The notes: generated from the sequence alone by a model not told the origin. A stretch of DNA of 64,000 nucleotides from the human T2T-CHM13v2.0 reference genome, Homo sapiens (GCF_009914755.1 NC_060939.1); one strand, 5' to 3'. Shown: positions 44,047 through 64,000, counted from the stretch's first letter. Numbers and translations: made by a program.

Positions 44047-45540
44047 GATGGCTTGGTTATGTTGGTGTCTGCTTAATTTCTCTGTTGTAAAGTTAGTTAT
44101 TTTTTTTGCTGTATTTAATAAATATCTTGGTGGAGATACTTTGAGACCATGCGAATGTCCTGTTCCTCTTCAAATTTTTGCCTAGTGATATTGCATCTAC
44201 CAATGGATCTTGCCTATAACAGTTATTACTGCGGTGTTTTCCTAATAGTGATTTTGTATTTCCCTCATTCTACTTACATATATTAACTGGAATTCTTTTG
44301 TAGGGAAGAGTCGTGTTTATTTACACAATTACTAAAGTACATCAATGTGGATTCTTATATATTTCTTATATACTTGTTATATTCTATTTTTATAATCCAG
44401 TACCATCATTATTACTTATTCATTTATTTATTTAATATTTTGCTCATATTGTTACAGGTTTGTCCATTGGGAACTCCTTCAGGTTGGCCCCTTTGTTTTT
44501 GACAAACCTCCATTCAATTGTGGGCACTTCTTTACTTTCTGTTACCAATGTCTATTCCAGGATTACCTTTTACTTTCTCAATTTGGTCCAGGAATCATCC
44601 ACTTCTCCAAGGAGACTAGTTCTCTTTATTGAAGAATAATGTTTAGAAACCAAGATCTGGGTGTTAGGTGTGCTCACTGGCAATGCAGAGTCACTGTTTT
44701 TAGGTTTATTCAGGGGACGGAATTAGGAAATACATGCAATATGTGTACTTTTGTTTCTAGGTACTCTTAGGTGATAGAGCTACAAAGTATATGTATGCCA
44801 ACCCATGCATGACACACATCTTTATTTATTTCTATATCTAGCTGTGTATATATAGTAAAAAACCATGAGTTTATACTGATATCTATCTTTGATTTAAATC
44901 TAATACCACAGGGTTTGTTCTTCATTTCCCATATCCTTATTTTTAACTTCATTCTTCACTTGTGAGAAACCTAGCCCTCTACAAAATATTTACTTATTTG
45001 TTTATTTCTAGCATACATGTGAGGTAGTTTTAGAATTGCTAAGCCATATCTCTTTAAGAAACACATTTACTAATTCAAGTACAGTGTGTCTGTGTACAGT
45101 TCTTTTGGTCTTTAGTCTTAGAGCACCCAGATAAGATACTGTTGCCTCAGTTATGTAGGTTAGTTCTTTTTCTTTCCTGTTCTCAGTATGGTTATATTAT
45201 TCACTTGAAATACAATTATACAATTAGGTTTATTTGCTACAGCTTATATTCTTTTGGGGGTTATCTCTGCAACCTAATTGGTTTTAATTATCATTTTGGA
45301 ATGTGAAGTAATATTATGGTTCTAAAGGTCAGAGCTGTACAAAATGATACACTCAGAGAAGTGTCACTCACTCTCCATCCAGCTCATTCCCATTCCCTCT
45401 TTTTTTCTACCACTTTCTCATTTACTCTTTGTAGAGAAAAAAAATGTCTTTAGCTTCTGGTTCATCCTTCCAGCATTTCTTTGCAAAAATGAACAGATAT
45501 GTGTTCTTATATCCCCTTTTATCTTGCCATGTCTCATATT
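44047..45540 (-). mobile_element. Old L1 (L1MC4/5-like) 3' region, right piece
   Basis: gcttggttatgttggtgtctgc...gtaaagtta...ggagatactttgagac...gaaaccaagatctgggtgttaggtgtgctca; right boundary approximate. Confidence 0.7.
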
Positions 45541-46744
45541 ATTGATCCATCTATCTTTGATATAGTTTCTTTTTCTATAAGGTTTGGAAATTCTCCAGAA
45601 GTTTTGTGTATTTAATTCCACATTATTATTATCATCAGAACTTCAAGTAGCCAATGACTCACTCTGTTAGATGTTCTTTCTCATTATTTTCGATTTACAA
45701 AATGTTATTTTTATTATTATTTCTTTTATGAGAGCTTTACGTCCATTATCTGCATTAGACTTCATTTTCAGAGACCATTTATCACTCCTGAGACAGGTCA
45801 CAGAAAGATTATTCTTATTGAAAACAATTAGAAATGCCAGGCTTCACTTAGCTTCAGAAATTATCTGCTTGGAAGTGGGTGCAGAGAACATGTGTTTTCT
45901 GACCTTCACCAGGTCTAATCTGGTCCTTAACTTCCATGGCATTCAGCCTCTCCAGTTTTACATGGCTATGGGAACAGATTCCCCACAAAGAAAACAGCAG
46001 GCACACCATCAAATGACATTTCATTCTTTCTTTAATGATCTGTTTCTTTGCTCTTGGAACAAGTCTGTAAAGATTACAAGTGTGTCTCAGGGGAAAAAAA
46101 TAAAAGTATAGTAGAGCCAAAACTTGAGCAAGTTCACAAAGAATCATAAGGGGGTGGACGAGGTATTAGAATATAAATAGAAAGTACAGTATTAGTTCCA
46201 AACAAATGCTTTCAAAGTCTTTGTGTGCACTGACAGCTTCAGATATTTGATGTAAATGAATTTTTCTCTAGAAACAATGGAATCTGTAGCTTGTGGTGGC
46301 ACTGTTTCTTTTCTAAACCTTGCTTTTCTTTTGTTTTGTTCCTGAAGTGAAAGCAAAGCTAACTTAGGTATATATTTGCATCAGAAAGACTTCCCAGCAG
46401 CATCTATACCAGTCAGTGATCATTTTTCATTATTTTAGGTACCTACTTGTTTGCAATTTTCCTTTTTAAGCCTCCTCTCCACAAAGCACGAACACAGTAC
46501 AGTACAGTCACACACAGACACACTAAAATGATGACGGCAACCAGCATGCGATTTTCTTTGACTATTAGAAAGTGAAGCCTATATCCACACTGTGTGCATT
46601 TTATGCTGTTGAAATCCCATCAGCTCATGAGAAAGTACTTATCTCCATTAATGTTACCTCCATTTGTCTAGGTGCTGTGTCAGAAATGTGATAGTGATGA
46701 CTGACACCTCCTCTGTCCCACAGAATGCTTGTCCCAATCAACCC

Positions 46745-47382
46745 ATCATTAAGGTTTTCAGAATATCCTTATAAAATATATCTTGAATCTTCTTTACTCT
46801 TTTGCCACCACTCTAGTCCAAGCTCCCTCTCTTGCTTGTCTCTCTGAACTCCCTGCCCCTGCTATAATTCCATCTCCTCAAGAACCAGAATGAGTGAGTT
46901 TTTAGAATCTAAATATCATGCCATTCCCCTCATTGAATGAGTCTGCCCATTCTCACTGCCCACAGCTTTCTCTTGTACTTTGAGGGACACCACAGTTCTT
47001 TACAGATCTACAGGAAGCTGTGTGATGTGCTCACCGCTTACTCCTCTGGGTCTCCTCACTCTGCTTTTCCCCTGCTCTTGACTGGCTACAGCCATACTGT
47101 CCTTTACCAGTTCCTAGCTAAATAACTAGGCCTTTGTATATTTCAGCACCCAGAAAGGTCTTGCCTCCCTCTTTTCACCCAATTTCTGTTTGTCCCTCAG
47201 GACACAAGCTTAAAGAGTCCCTTCCTAACTTCCAGTTCAAATAGCATGTCCCTGTTATTATCTAACCAAATTATTTATTTGGGTGCTTAGATTTGTGTCT
47301 TCTTGTTCACTATAAGTTCCAGACCTGGCAGTGTGCCCAGCATATGGTAAATGCTTAATAAATACGTGTCAAATAAATTAAT
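46745..47382 (+). mobile_element. L2 3' fragment
   Basis: gccaccactctagtccaagc and terminal acctggcagtgtgcccagcatatggtaaatgcttaataaatacgtgtcaaataaattaat. Confidence 0.7.
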
Positions 47383-49824
47383 ATGGTGGTAATTATATGC
47401 ACGATCTCCAATTGTTAACTGCATTTGTTTAGAAAAATCATAAAAACTGGTGAATAATACATCATTTTCTTCCAAAGGGTTTTGCATATATGTTGGTTTT
47501 CAAATGAACCACTACTGCTCCCATTTTTATCACCATCATTACCGAGCACCCCCAACTGGAACTGACCCACCTACTTATCTCTTCCTGTGTAATGCCTTAT
47601 GTGTACAACAGAGGTGGTACATACCTTGGTAGGATGATTTGAAGGATGCCTGGAAACATGGACAGAGTTTCACTTCCAATAGCTACACCATGAGATACTC
47701 ACGCTTCTGACTGATGACATTAAAATTCTCCCATAGCAAAATTGTTATTTAGGAGAAATAACATTTCAGTCACTATTGACCATTATTGTCACACCCCAAG
47801 ACAGAATGGCCAGCTAGTCAGAGACCAGATGTCCAAGGGAAGGAGACATAATATACATTTTAATTGGGTTGAGGAAGAATGTTAAGACATTAAGATATTC
47901 TCTTGAGGTGGGTGTACTGAGAAATTTCGGCAGCATTCCTCCCCAGAGAACCCTGGGAGTGGGTTGCTTCGCATCCCTCAGGAAGCTGTAATATCTAGGG
48001 AATGCTGAAAACAGTGGAAGTGGACCTCTGTAGGGTTAGAGTTTAGAAAACATATTAGGAAATTATACTGCTTTCTTTACTCTCTAGGGTTAGCTTTGCG
48101 TTGGCAAATTTCATTCTCATGCTTGAATTCCATGCTTGAAAGTTCAACTTTTTTCTTTCTTTTAAAAATTTTACTGAAGGAAAACAGACAGGCTAGACTA
48201 TAAAGATATAAAGCGGTGAACAGGCAATTCAGGCTCCCCAGGCTGCCTGCCCTGTATGGCAAGCCGAATCTTTTACAGCTCCCTGCTTCAATCCTCATTG
48301 TTGGATATTGGTACTTCCGCAGTGGCCCTCATCTCCTGAGTTCCAGACCTGAGATGACCAGTTGAGCTGAGCAGAGGCCTGCTTCTGATCCCAACCTGCT
48401 TCCCTGGCTCTAATTTCTCCTGACTGAACACTTTTCTTTGAGGGCTTCCCTTTAGCATTCCTGTCCTAGGGCTCTATGTTGACTTCCCAGAGTCTCTCAA
48501 TATAATGAATTTGAACCCTTCCCATTTCCTTGCCTTTGTAGATTTTATAAACTGCTTCAAAAATATTTTCTCATATGATCATTATAGCAATGTTTTGAAA
48601 TAGGAATAACTTTCATAGATGAGGAAACTGGGTCTCTTCTCAGAAGTAGGTTGACTTGCTCCTTTCTGTTTGCCTGGACTTAATTTTTGCTAGTAGATTA
48701 CTAATTGATTCTGATAAGGCAGGTAATGGCCTCTTGGGCCAGCAGCCAATTTAAAATGACTCAAATGGAAAATAACTAAAATAATAATGCAGTGTTCTAG
48801 AAGACCCCCAAACCTATAGTCTTCAAAGCCACATAAAGGAGGGCAGTGTTGAGATGGGTTTAACAAGGCATCATGATTATAGAATAAAAAGATGGTTGGT
48901 AGTAGGCACTCGAGTGAGTCTCCAGAGCCCAAGGGATTCTTCTTTTGAGTGTTAAAGACGAAGGATGTGGCTTGAACTGGGCTTCTGGTCAAAGAGAGTC
49001 TGGATTTAGTGAGTTGTCATCTAAAGCTGAAATTAGCTTCTGTTATTTGCCAGGGTTTAAAACTCAGCCCAGCAATTGTCTCTAGGCTGTTTTGGCAAAT
49101 ATTACAAATTTGCTACTCTTCTCCCATTGGGCTCAGGGCATGAAGCATGTGTGAAGGCTGCCAACATTCCTCTATTTGCTGGTTTCATCATAAAAGGGTA
49201 TTGATGCAATGACACGGAAAAAGGCCAGTAATATAAGCCCAAAGCAACATCAGTGCACTTGAAAGCTTAATGGGTATTTCTTTGGTGATTTCATCATTGA
49301 GTCTAATTAAGTCCTCCATAGGCTTTTAGACAAACAACACTTTTGAAATCCCTGCCCTCCCCACCACCAAACTGACTTACCAGCATTCTTCTCAAACTAA
49401 ATTGCATGTATAGCACATACACACACAAGTATTTCATATAGTGAAAGAAAATCCACATATAAATGTGTTTTCTGGTAAAGATTATCTATATTTGCACTTT
49501 CTTTTGAGAATCTTCATTTTTACATATGTGATGTCTTCTTTTTAATATTTGCTTACAATTGTGGAAGCTTCTGATTTTTTTTTTTCAGAAAACATGATGA
49601 CAGGGTTTCACTGTACTTATGCATCTTTTGCATCTGAGGAACACAATACATTTCAGATTATAATATGTTTACACCATCCTTGGCATTGTCATCAACTTGC
49701 TGGTTTGGGATACAGAGGTCAAGCTCACCTGAGTTCCTTTGCTATAAAAAGGGACAATAGAGATTCAGAAAAAAAATAAGTGCTATGAAGTATCATAAGT
49801 CAGCGGCAGAGGAATGAAGAAAAT

Positions 49825-50048
49825 TCTTGCCACGTGGTAGGTATGAGGGCTTTCCATACACTGTCTCATTTAGTCCTTGCCACAACCCTGTGAGGTAGGT
49901 GTTTTTACTCCTGCTTAACAGACAAGGGAACTGAGGCTCAAAGGGATTAAGTGACTTGCCTAAGATCACACAGTTGAATGGCAAAGCTGAATTTAAAACT
50001 TAATCGATCCACTTGAGAGTCCGTATTTGTTCCACTATGTACACAGCC
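49825..50048 (-). mobile_element. MIR SINE
   Basis: cacaaccctgtgaggtaggt...acagacaagggaactgaggctcaaagggattaagtgacttgcctaagatcacacag. Confidence 0.85.
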
Positions 50049-50955
50049 CTTTAAATCTGAGCCAGGACTCTACCAAGATCAAGTAATTCTTTCAATCTAT
50101 CCATTGAAATACTCAATCTTTTAAGGCAACTCTCAGAATTAATGTTCAATAGAAAACATGCTGTTGTCTATTCCCTGGTAGTGTGTATTGTCTAATTTGA
50201 AACTGTTTTTCTAAGTTATATTCTAGTTTCTCTAGATTTACTCCAGAAGTTGCATATAGCGAGAGGGCTATGGGGGCTGTGATTTGCTAAGTCATGACTA
50301 TCAAATCAGTGAGAAGGACTTCAATTTGCAGCAGGTGTACTGAGTGATCTCTTGGAAGTGCATGGCATTAGACTCCAGGACTAACAGTGGTCAGTCTAGC
50401 GGTGTTGAAGACCAAGGCTTCCTGTTTCCTAACCCTTTCCTTGTGATTCTCTTTAAAGAGCCAACAAACCCAGAGAGAAATTTTGGATTTCTGAGTAATG
50501 CAATTTGGGTAGGAATATAAGGAAGACTAGTGAACCAGAAGTTTGTTTCCTTTACTTAGAATTGAACAGATTTTGAATTATCCAAAAATGGCTGTATTTG
50601 GCCATTCCCATATTGCTATAAAGAAATACCTAAGACTGGGTAATTTATAAAGAAAAGGGGTTTAATTGGCTCAAGGTTCTGTGGCGTCCACTTTTTGGGA
50701 ACCTTCCCATCATGGCAGAAGGCAAAGGGGTACAAACATCTTTTTTTTTTAATATACTTTAAGTTTTAGGGTACATGTGCACATTGTTCAGGTTAGTTAC
50801 ATATGTATACATGTGCCATGCTGGTGCGCTGCACCCACTAACTCGTCATCTAACATTAGGTATGTCTCCCGATGCTATCCCTCCCCCCTCCCCCCACACC
50901 ACAACAGTCCTCAGAGTGTGATATTCCCGTTCCTGTGTCCATGTGATCTCATTGT

Positions 50956-54793
<3,838 letters not shown>

Positions 54794-54841
54794 TTATTTT
54801 GCTCGTTAGTTGATGCAGTTTCTTCCTAGTCTCAATGGTCT

Positions 54842-55843
54842 TTACATTTTGGCATAATTTTGCAGCGGCTGGTACCGGTTGTTCCTTTCCATGTTTAGTG
54901 CTTCCTTCAGGAGCTCTTGTAAGGCAGGCCTGGTGGTGACAAAATCTCTCAGCATTTGCTTGTCTCTAAAGTATTTTATTTCTCCTTCACTTATGAAGCT
55001 TAGTTTGGCTGGATATGAAATTCTGGGTTGAAAATTCTTTTCTTTAAGAATGTTGAATATTGGCCCCCACTCTCTTCTGGCTTGTAGGGTTTCTGCCGAG
55101 ATCCGCTATTAGTCTGATGGGCTTCCCTTTGAGGGTAACCCGACCTTTTTCTCTGGCTGCCCTTAACATTTTTTCCTTCATTTCAACTTTGGTGAATCTG
55201 ACAATTATGTGTCTTGGAGTTGCTCTTCTTGAGGAGTATCTTTGTGGGGTTCTCTGTATTTCCTGAATCTGAATGTTGGCCTGCCTTGCTAGATTGGGGA
55301 AGTTCTCCTGGATAATATCCTGCAGAGTGTTTTCCAACTTGGTTCCATTCTCCCCATCACTTTCAGTTACACCAATCAAACGTAGATTTGGTCTTTTCAC
55401 ATAGTCCCATATTTCTTGGAGGCTTTGCTCATTTCTTTTTATTCTTTTTTCTCTAAACTTCCCTTCTCACTTCATTTCATTCATTTCATCTTCCATTGCT
55501 GATATCCTTTCTTCCAGTTGATCGTATTGGCTCCTGAGGCTTCTGCATTCTTCCCGTAGTTCTCGAGCCTTGGTTTTCAGCTCCATCAGCTCCTTTAAGC
55601 ACTTCTCTGTATTGGTTATTCTAGTTATACATTCTTCTAAATTTTTTTCAAAGTTTTCAACTTCTTTGCCTTTGGTTTCAATGTCCTCCCGTAGCTCAGA
55701 GTAATTTGATCATCTGAAGCCTTCTTCTCTCAGCTCGTCAAAGTCATTCTCCATCCAGCTTTGTTCTGTTGCTGGTGAGGAACTGCATTCCTTTGGAGGA
55801 GGAGAGGCGCTCTGCTTTTTAGAGTTTCCAGTTTTTCTCCCAT
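54842..55843 (-). pseudogene. L1 ORF1, disrupted
   Basis: ATG at 55843 followed by a ~13-nt deletion relative to the recalled consensus (ATGGGAGAAAAACTGG); fragment 55044..55400 (KRPNLRLIGV...REKGRVT); 2-nt deletion near 55100. Confidence 0.88.
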
Positions 55844-56750
55844 CTTTGTGGTTTTGTCTACCTTTGGTCTTTGATGATGGTGATGTACAGATGGGTTTTT
55901 GTTGTGGATGTCCTTTCTGTTTGTTAGTTTTCCTTCTAACTGAGAGGACCCTCAGCTGCAGGTCTGTTGGAATACCCTGCCGTGTGAGGTGTCAGTGTGC
56001 CCCTGCTGGGGGGGTGCCTCCCAGTTAGGCTGCTCAGGGGTCAGGGGTCAGGGACCCACTTGAGGAGGCAGTCTGCCCGTTCTCAGATCTCCAGCTGCGT
56101 ACTGGGAGAACCACTGCTCTCTTCAAAGCTGTCAGACAGGGACATTTAAGTCTGCAGAGGTTACTGCTGTCTTTTTGTTTGTCTGTGCCCTGCCCCCAGA
56201 GGTGGAGCCTACAGAGGCAGGCAGGCCTCCTTGAGCTGTGGTGGGCTCCACCCAGTTCGAGCTTCCTGGCTGCTTTGTTTACCTAAGGAAGCCTGGGCAA
56301 TGGCGGGCGCCCCTCTCCCAGCCTCGCTGGGGCCTTGCAGTTTGATCTCAGACTGCTGTGCTAGCAGTCAGTGAGACTCCGTGGGCGTAGGACCCTCCGA
56401 GCCAGGTGCGGGATATAATCTTGTGGTGAGCGGTTTTTTAAGCCGGTCGGAAAAGCGCAGTATTCAGGTGGGAGTGACCCGATTTTCCAGGTGCCGTCCG
56501 TCACCCCTTTCTTTGACTTAGAAGGGAACTCCCTGACCCCTTGCGCTTCCTAAGTGAGGCAATGCCTCACCCTGCTTCGGCTCGCACACGGTGTGCGCAC
56601 CCACTGACCTGCGCCCACTGTCTGGCACTCCCTAGTGAGATGAACCTGGTACCTCAGAAGGAAATGCAGAAATCACCCGTCTTCTGCGTCGCTCACGCTG
56701 GGAGCTGTAGACCAGAGCTGTTCCTATTCGGCCATCTTGGCTCCTCCCCC
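55844..56750 (-). promoter_or_regulatory. L1 5' UTR internal promoter with intact YY1 site; the antisense promoter would fire toward +
   Basis: CpG-rich 5' UTR; YY1 motif CAAGATGGCC (ggccatcttg at 56730-56739). Activity is inferred from family knowledge only. Confidence 0.75.
56300..56374 (+). pseudogene. L1 ORF0 remnant, truncated after 24 codons
   Basis: ATG GCG GGC GCC... translates to MAGAPLPASLGPCSLISDCCASSQ then TGA (56372-56374), where the recalled ORF0 has CGA (Arg): CpG decay. Confidence 0.8.
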
Positions 56751-57008
56751 AGGGGTACAAACATCTTATATGACAGGAGCAAGAACAAGAGAGAGATGGG
56801 GGGAGGTGCCACACACTTCTAAACAATCAAATCTTGCAAGAACTCACCCATTACCACAAGGACAGCATCAAGAGGATGGTGCTAAATGATTCCTGAGAAA
56901 CTGACACCATGATCCAATCACCTTCCACCAGCCTCCACCTCCAATATTGTGGATTATAATTGAACATCAGATTTGGGTAGGGACACAGATCCAAATCATA
57001 TCCATGGC

Positions 57009-57525
57009 CACTATAGTATCTCACATCCCACATAATTCACATTATCATGTGACTTTGCCATTCCTCCCATTGAGAGGTGAGGTATGTGATCTCTTCCTTG
57101 AATCTGGGCTGACTTGAGACTATGGCAAGAAGGAGGCTCTGTGACTTCCAAGCTTAGGCCATAAAATGTGATATATCTTCTACCTGTTTTCTTGGAATCC
57201 TCACACTTGGAAATCAGATATTGTACTCTGAGAAAGCCCAAGCAACTCACAGAGAGGTCCACGTGGAGAGATCCATGAGAAAAAGAATTAAGCCTCTGGT
57301 CCTGACCTCTCAGCAGACAGCCACCATCACCTTGCCAGTTGGGTGAGTGAGCTATCTTGGAAGTGCTGTAGGTTGTACAATGCTCAGTTGAGTCACCTCA
57401 GCTGATAAGTGGAGCAAGGGCAAGTCTTCCCCATAATACCCTTCCCGAAGTGCCTATATGTCAGCTAAATAAATAATTGTTTTTATTCTAAGACACTAGA
57501 TTTTGAGGTAGTTTACAACCGGAAC
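57009..57525 (+). mobile_element. MLT1G/H-like MaLR LTR (its first ~30 bp lie at ~50562-50592)
   Basis: atgtgactttgccattcctcccattgagaggtg...cttgaatctgggctg...gtgacttccaagcttaggccataaaa...aataaataattgtttttattctaagacactagattttgaggtagttt. Confidence 0.75.
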
Positions 57526-60452
57526 AAAAGTAAGGCACAGTCATAAAAAAATGGTAGAAAAATCATTAAAAGTAGCTTATGCATTATAAATCCTTATAAT
57601 TAAACACAGAAGGAATTTTCTGTTAGGAATTTTCAGTTAGTTCCTTGATTCTAAAGATAGAATTTATAAAATGTATATTTGGTGCAAAATGTCAAATGAG
57701 CATGTCTAGTCACAGAACTTATATTTGCTCATTTCTTTGAAATAAAAAAAATGTGATGCACACTGAATTAGGCCATAGATTCCAGACAGAATTCTGTGAA
57801 GACAGAAGAAAAGGAAATGGGTTGACAATATGGCATAAAATTTGCATTAAACATAACAGTAATGATAATGCCATTTGGGTATATAATTCTGTCTTTTTAA
57901 AAATTTGAAGAAATTAAAAGAGCAGTTTTAGTAGAGTAACATTATATAGTGGGCCAGAACAGTTTCTCTTTCTCTCTCTTTGTATCTGTCTCTTTTCCTC
58001 CCACTCATCCTCAACAAAAAGCTGAGCACACAAAATATCATGATTTGTTCACATGCCAGAAACAGACCAGTCTTATGCCAGTCTTCACTAGTTTTCATAA
58101 AAAAGAGTGATGAGTGTCAGCATTGTTTTGGTTATTAAATCAGTACCCTGTAGTAATTTTTCACAATTAGGCAATTGTTTCTCCAAAGCATTGTTCCATT
58201 TTCTCTATCCCTTTTTGCCTTGCCTCTACTAGGGCTTTACACTTCTATTTGTGTTATTCTCCTTGGTTTACCAGACTCTAGCCAATTTCCACCCTAAAGC
58301 ATTACAGCTAAAATAACTCCCAAGTCATTTCAACCATTACGTTGATGTTATATATTCATTGCCTTTATGTGAAGTATTCTTACCACTGCCACATTTATTT
58401 TAATAATAATAAACATTTATTCATTTATTTTTATTGCTTGCTATGTCCCAGGTTGTTTTCATGGTTCTCATTTCTCTATGTCTCTCTGTTTTCAGCACCT
58501 AAAATTCAATGCCTTGTCTTGTAACCTAAATTCAGTGCAATCCCCTCTTCATGTCACCCAGTGGTTTTCCTTTAACATTTTTTTATTACACATTTTTTTT
58601 TTTTTATTGAGCCATACTTTGCTGGGCTTAAAACTCTCCCAGGTGGCTCTCTCAGATTTATTATCCCCTTTTCTTCAATCAATTAGCACGGTTTTTCTGT
58701 TTGCTTCTCTTCTACTTACTTTGGCAATTACTGGAGTCATGCAGTAATTTATCTTGTCTTGTCTCCCCAAGAAAGAATTTAAATCATATATTTTTTCAAG
58801 GCAGGTACTGTGCCTATTGTTTTAAATTCTTCTCATTTGTTCTATAATGTGGTCAGTAACAAAAGCATGTGACAAAAAGTTAACAAAATGGAAAAACAAA
58901 TGTCTTTACGATTAATATGTTAAATTTCAAATGACTGCTACTCTATGTAGAAGAAAATAGATTATGGATATTAGAAATGGGTGTGATGTAAATGTATTCA
59001 TTTTAATACATTTTATTATTAACATATTTAAGTGTAGGTTGCACTGAACTCTTTAATATTATAGAAATATGTCAAAGGGAGCTTATAAAAACACAATATT
59101 TCAAAAAGGCAGATCAGGGGTGTGGCTGGCAAGATGGCCAAATAGAAACAGCTCTAGTCTGCAGCTCCCAGAGAGATCAATGCAGAAGGTGGGTGATTTC
59201 TGCATTTCCAACTGAGGTACCCAGCTCATCTCACTGGGACTGGTTAGAGAGTAGGTGCAGCCCAAGGAGGGTAAGCCTAAGCATGGTGGGACATCGCATC
59301 ACCCGGGAATCACAAGGGGTCGGGGAACTCCCTCCCCTAGCTAAGGGAAGCCATTAGGGACTGTACCATGAGGAATGGTGCATTCCGGCCCAGATAGTAT
59401 GCTTTTCCCATGGTCTTCACAACCTGCAGACCAGGAGATTCCCTCAGTGCCTATACCACCAGGGCCCTGGGTTTCAAGCACAAAACTGGGCAGTCATTTG
59501 GGCAGACACTGAGCTAGCTGAAGTTTTTTTTCATCCCCAAGTGGCACCTGGAATACCAGTGAGACAGAACCATCTATTATTCACTCCCCTGGAAAGGGGG
59601 CTGAAGCCAGGGAGCCAAGTGGTCTAGCTCAGTGGATCCCACCCCCATGAAGCCCAGGAAGCTAAGATCCACTGGCTTGAAATTCTCGTGGCCAGCAAAG
59701 CAGTCTGAAGTTGGCCTGGGACACTCGAGCTTGGTCAGGGGAGGGGTATCCACTGTTACTGAGGCTTGAGTAGGTGGTTTTCCCCTCAGAATGTAAACAA
59801 AGCTGCTGGGAAGTTCAAACTGGGTGGAGCCCACCATAGCTTGGCAAAGCTGCTGTAGCCAGACTGCCTCTCTAGATTTCTCCTTTCTGGGCAGGGTATC
59901 TCTGAAAGAAAGGCAGCAGCCCCAGTCAGAGGCTTATAGACAAAACTCCCATAATCCCTGGGACAGAGCACCTGGGGAAAGGGGCTGCTGAACATTTAGC
60001 AGATTTAAATGTTCCTGCCTGTCGGCTCTGAAGACAGCAGTGGATCTCCCATCACAGCTGTGCTAAGGGACAGACTGCCTCCTCAAGTGGGTTCCTGACC
60101 CCTGTGCCTCCTGACTGGGAAGACACCTCCCAGCAGGGATTGACAGAGACCTCATATAAGAGATCTCTGGCTGGCATCTGGCAGATGCCCCTCTGGGACG
60201 AAGCTTCCAGAGGAAGGAAAAGGAAGCAATCTTTGCTGTTCTGCAGCCTCTGCTGGTGATACCCAGACAAACAGGGTCTAGAGTGGACCTCCAGCAAACT
60301 TCAGCAGACCTGCAGCAGAGGGACCTGACTGTTATAAGGAAAACTAAAAAACAGAAAGGAATAGCATCAAGATCAACAAAAAGGCTGTCCACACAAAAAC
60401 CCCATCCAAAGGTCACCAACATAAAAAACCAAAGGTGGATGAATCCACGAAG

Positions 60453-61458
60453 ATGAGGAAAAACCAGCACAGAAAGACTGAAAATTCCAAAAACCAGAAC
60501 ACCTCTTCTCCTCCAAAGGATCACAACTACTTGCCAGCAAGGGAACAAAACTGGATGGAGAATGAGTTTGATGAATTGACAGAAGTAGGCTTCAGAAGGT
60601 GGTTAATAACAAACTTCTCTGAGCTAAAGGAGCATGTGCTAACCCAATGCAAGGAAGCTAAGAACTTTGAAAAAAGGTTAGTGGAATTGCTAACTAGAAT
60701 AACCAGTTTAGAGAAGAACATAAATGACCTGATGGAGCTGAAAAACACAGCATGACAACTTCCTGAAGCATACACAAGTATCCATAGCCAAATTGATCAA
60801 GCAGAAGAAAAGACATCAGAGATTGAAGATCAACTTAATGAAATAAAGCAAGAAGATTAGAGAAAAAAGAATGAAAAGGAACGAACAAAGGCTCCAAGAA
60901 ATATGGGACTATGTGAAAAGGCCAAACCTATGTTTGATTGGTGTACCTGAAAGCGCCAGGGACAGTGGAACCAAGCTGGAAAACAATCTTAAGGATATTA
61001 TCCAGGGGAACTTCCCCAACCTAGCAAGACAGGCCAACATTCAAATTCAGGAAAAATAGAGAACACTACAAAGATACTTCTTTAGATGAGCAACCCCAAA
61101 ACACATAATCATCAGATTCATCAAGGTTGAAATGAAGGAAACCAGAGAGAAAGGTCGAGTTACCCACAAAGGGAAGCCCATCAGACTAACAGCAGATCTC
61201 TCTGCAGAAACCTTACAAGCCAGAAGAGAGTGGGGGCCAATATTCAACATTCTTAAAGAAAAGAATTTTCAACCCAGAATTTCCTATCCAGCCAAACTAA
61301 GCTTCATATGTGAAGGAGAAATAAAATCCTTTACAGACAAGCAAATGTTGAGAGATTTTGTAACCACCAGGCCTGCCTTACAAGAGCTCCTGAAGGAAGC
61401 ACTAAATATGGAAAGGAAAAACCGGTACCAGCCACTGCAAAAGCATACCAAATTGTAA
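60453..61458 (+). pseudogene. L1 ORF1, disrupted
   Basis: Fragments MRKNQHRKTENSK..., LQEIWDYVKRPNL, REKGRVTHKGKPIRLTADLS...YPAKLSF. Confidence 0.88.
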
Positions 61459-61521
61459 AGACCATTGATACTATGAAAAAACTGCATCAACTAATGGGCA
61501 AAATAACCAGCTAGCATCATA

Positions 61522-64000
<2,479 letters not shown>

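Overview
AT-rich primate (human/great-ape type) genomic DNA with no recognisable protein-coding exon, RNA gene or CpG island, so it is intronic or gene-desert sequence. Every long ORF is LINE-1 ORF1/ORF2 debris or an incidental reading frame in Alu/LTR sequence. The window holds a series of L1 insertions of different ages (L1MC-, L1PB-, L1PA15/16-, L1PA7-, PA5-, PA4-, PA3-like and a full-length 6.0-kb L1PA2-like copy with a 17-bp TSD). It also has two Alus, MaLR elements (THE1 solo LTR, a complete MSTA LTR-int-LTR, MSTB, MLT1), a MER2 MITE and many MIR/L2 relics. Two three-level nested insertions can be resolved by their TSDs. Structure that a repeat annotation does not explain: (i) a twin-primed L1 whose inverted piece keeps an open endonuclease-domain frame through four frame-neutral indel sites; (ii) two fold-back template-switch mutations and one templated insertion inside L1s; (iii) a ~5-kb transposon-poor block (9.6-14.7 kb) with seven MEIS/TALE-type motifs and a CpG-retaining patch, a candidate conserved enhancer cluster; (iv) a degenerate ~50-bp tandem array rich in SOX-type ACAAT motifs at 28.8-29.2 kb; (v) a hairpin enclosing AATAAA followed by A21; (vi) two head-to-head L1s with intact 5' ends 2.4 kb apart. 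I cannot support a genuinely new biological system from the sequence alone; these are candidates. Subfamily names come from recalled consensus features and need RepeatMasker/Dfam confirmation.
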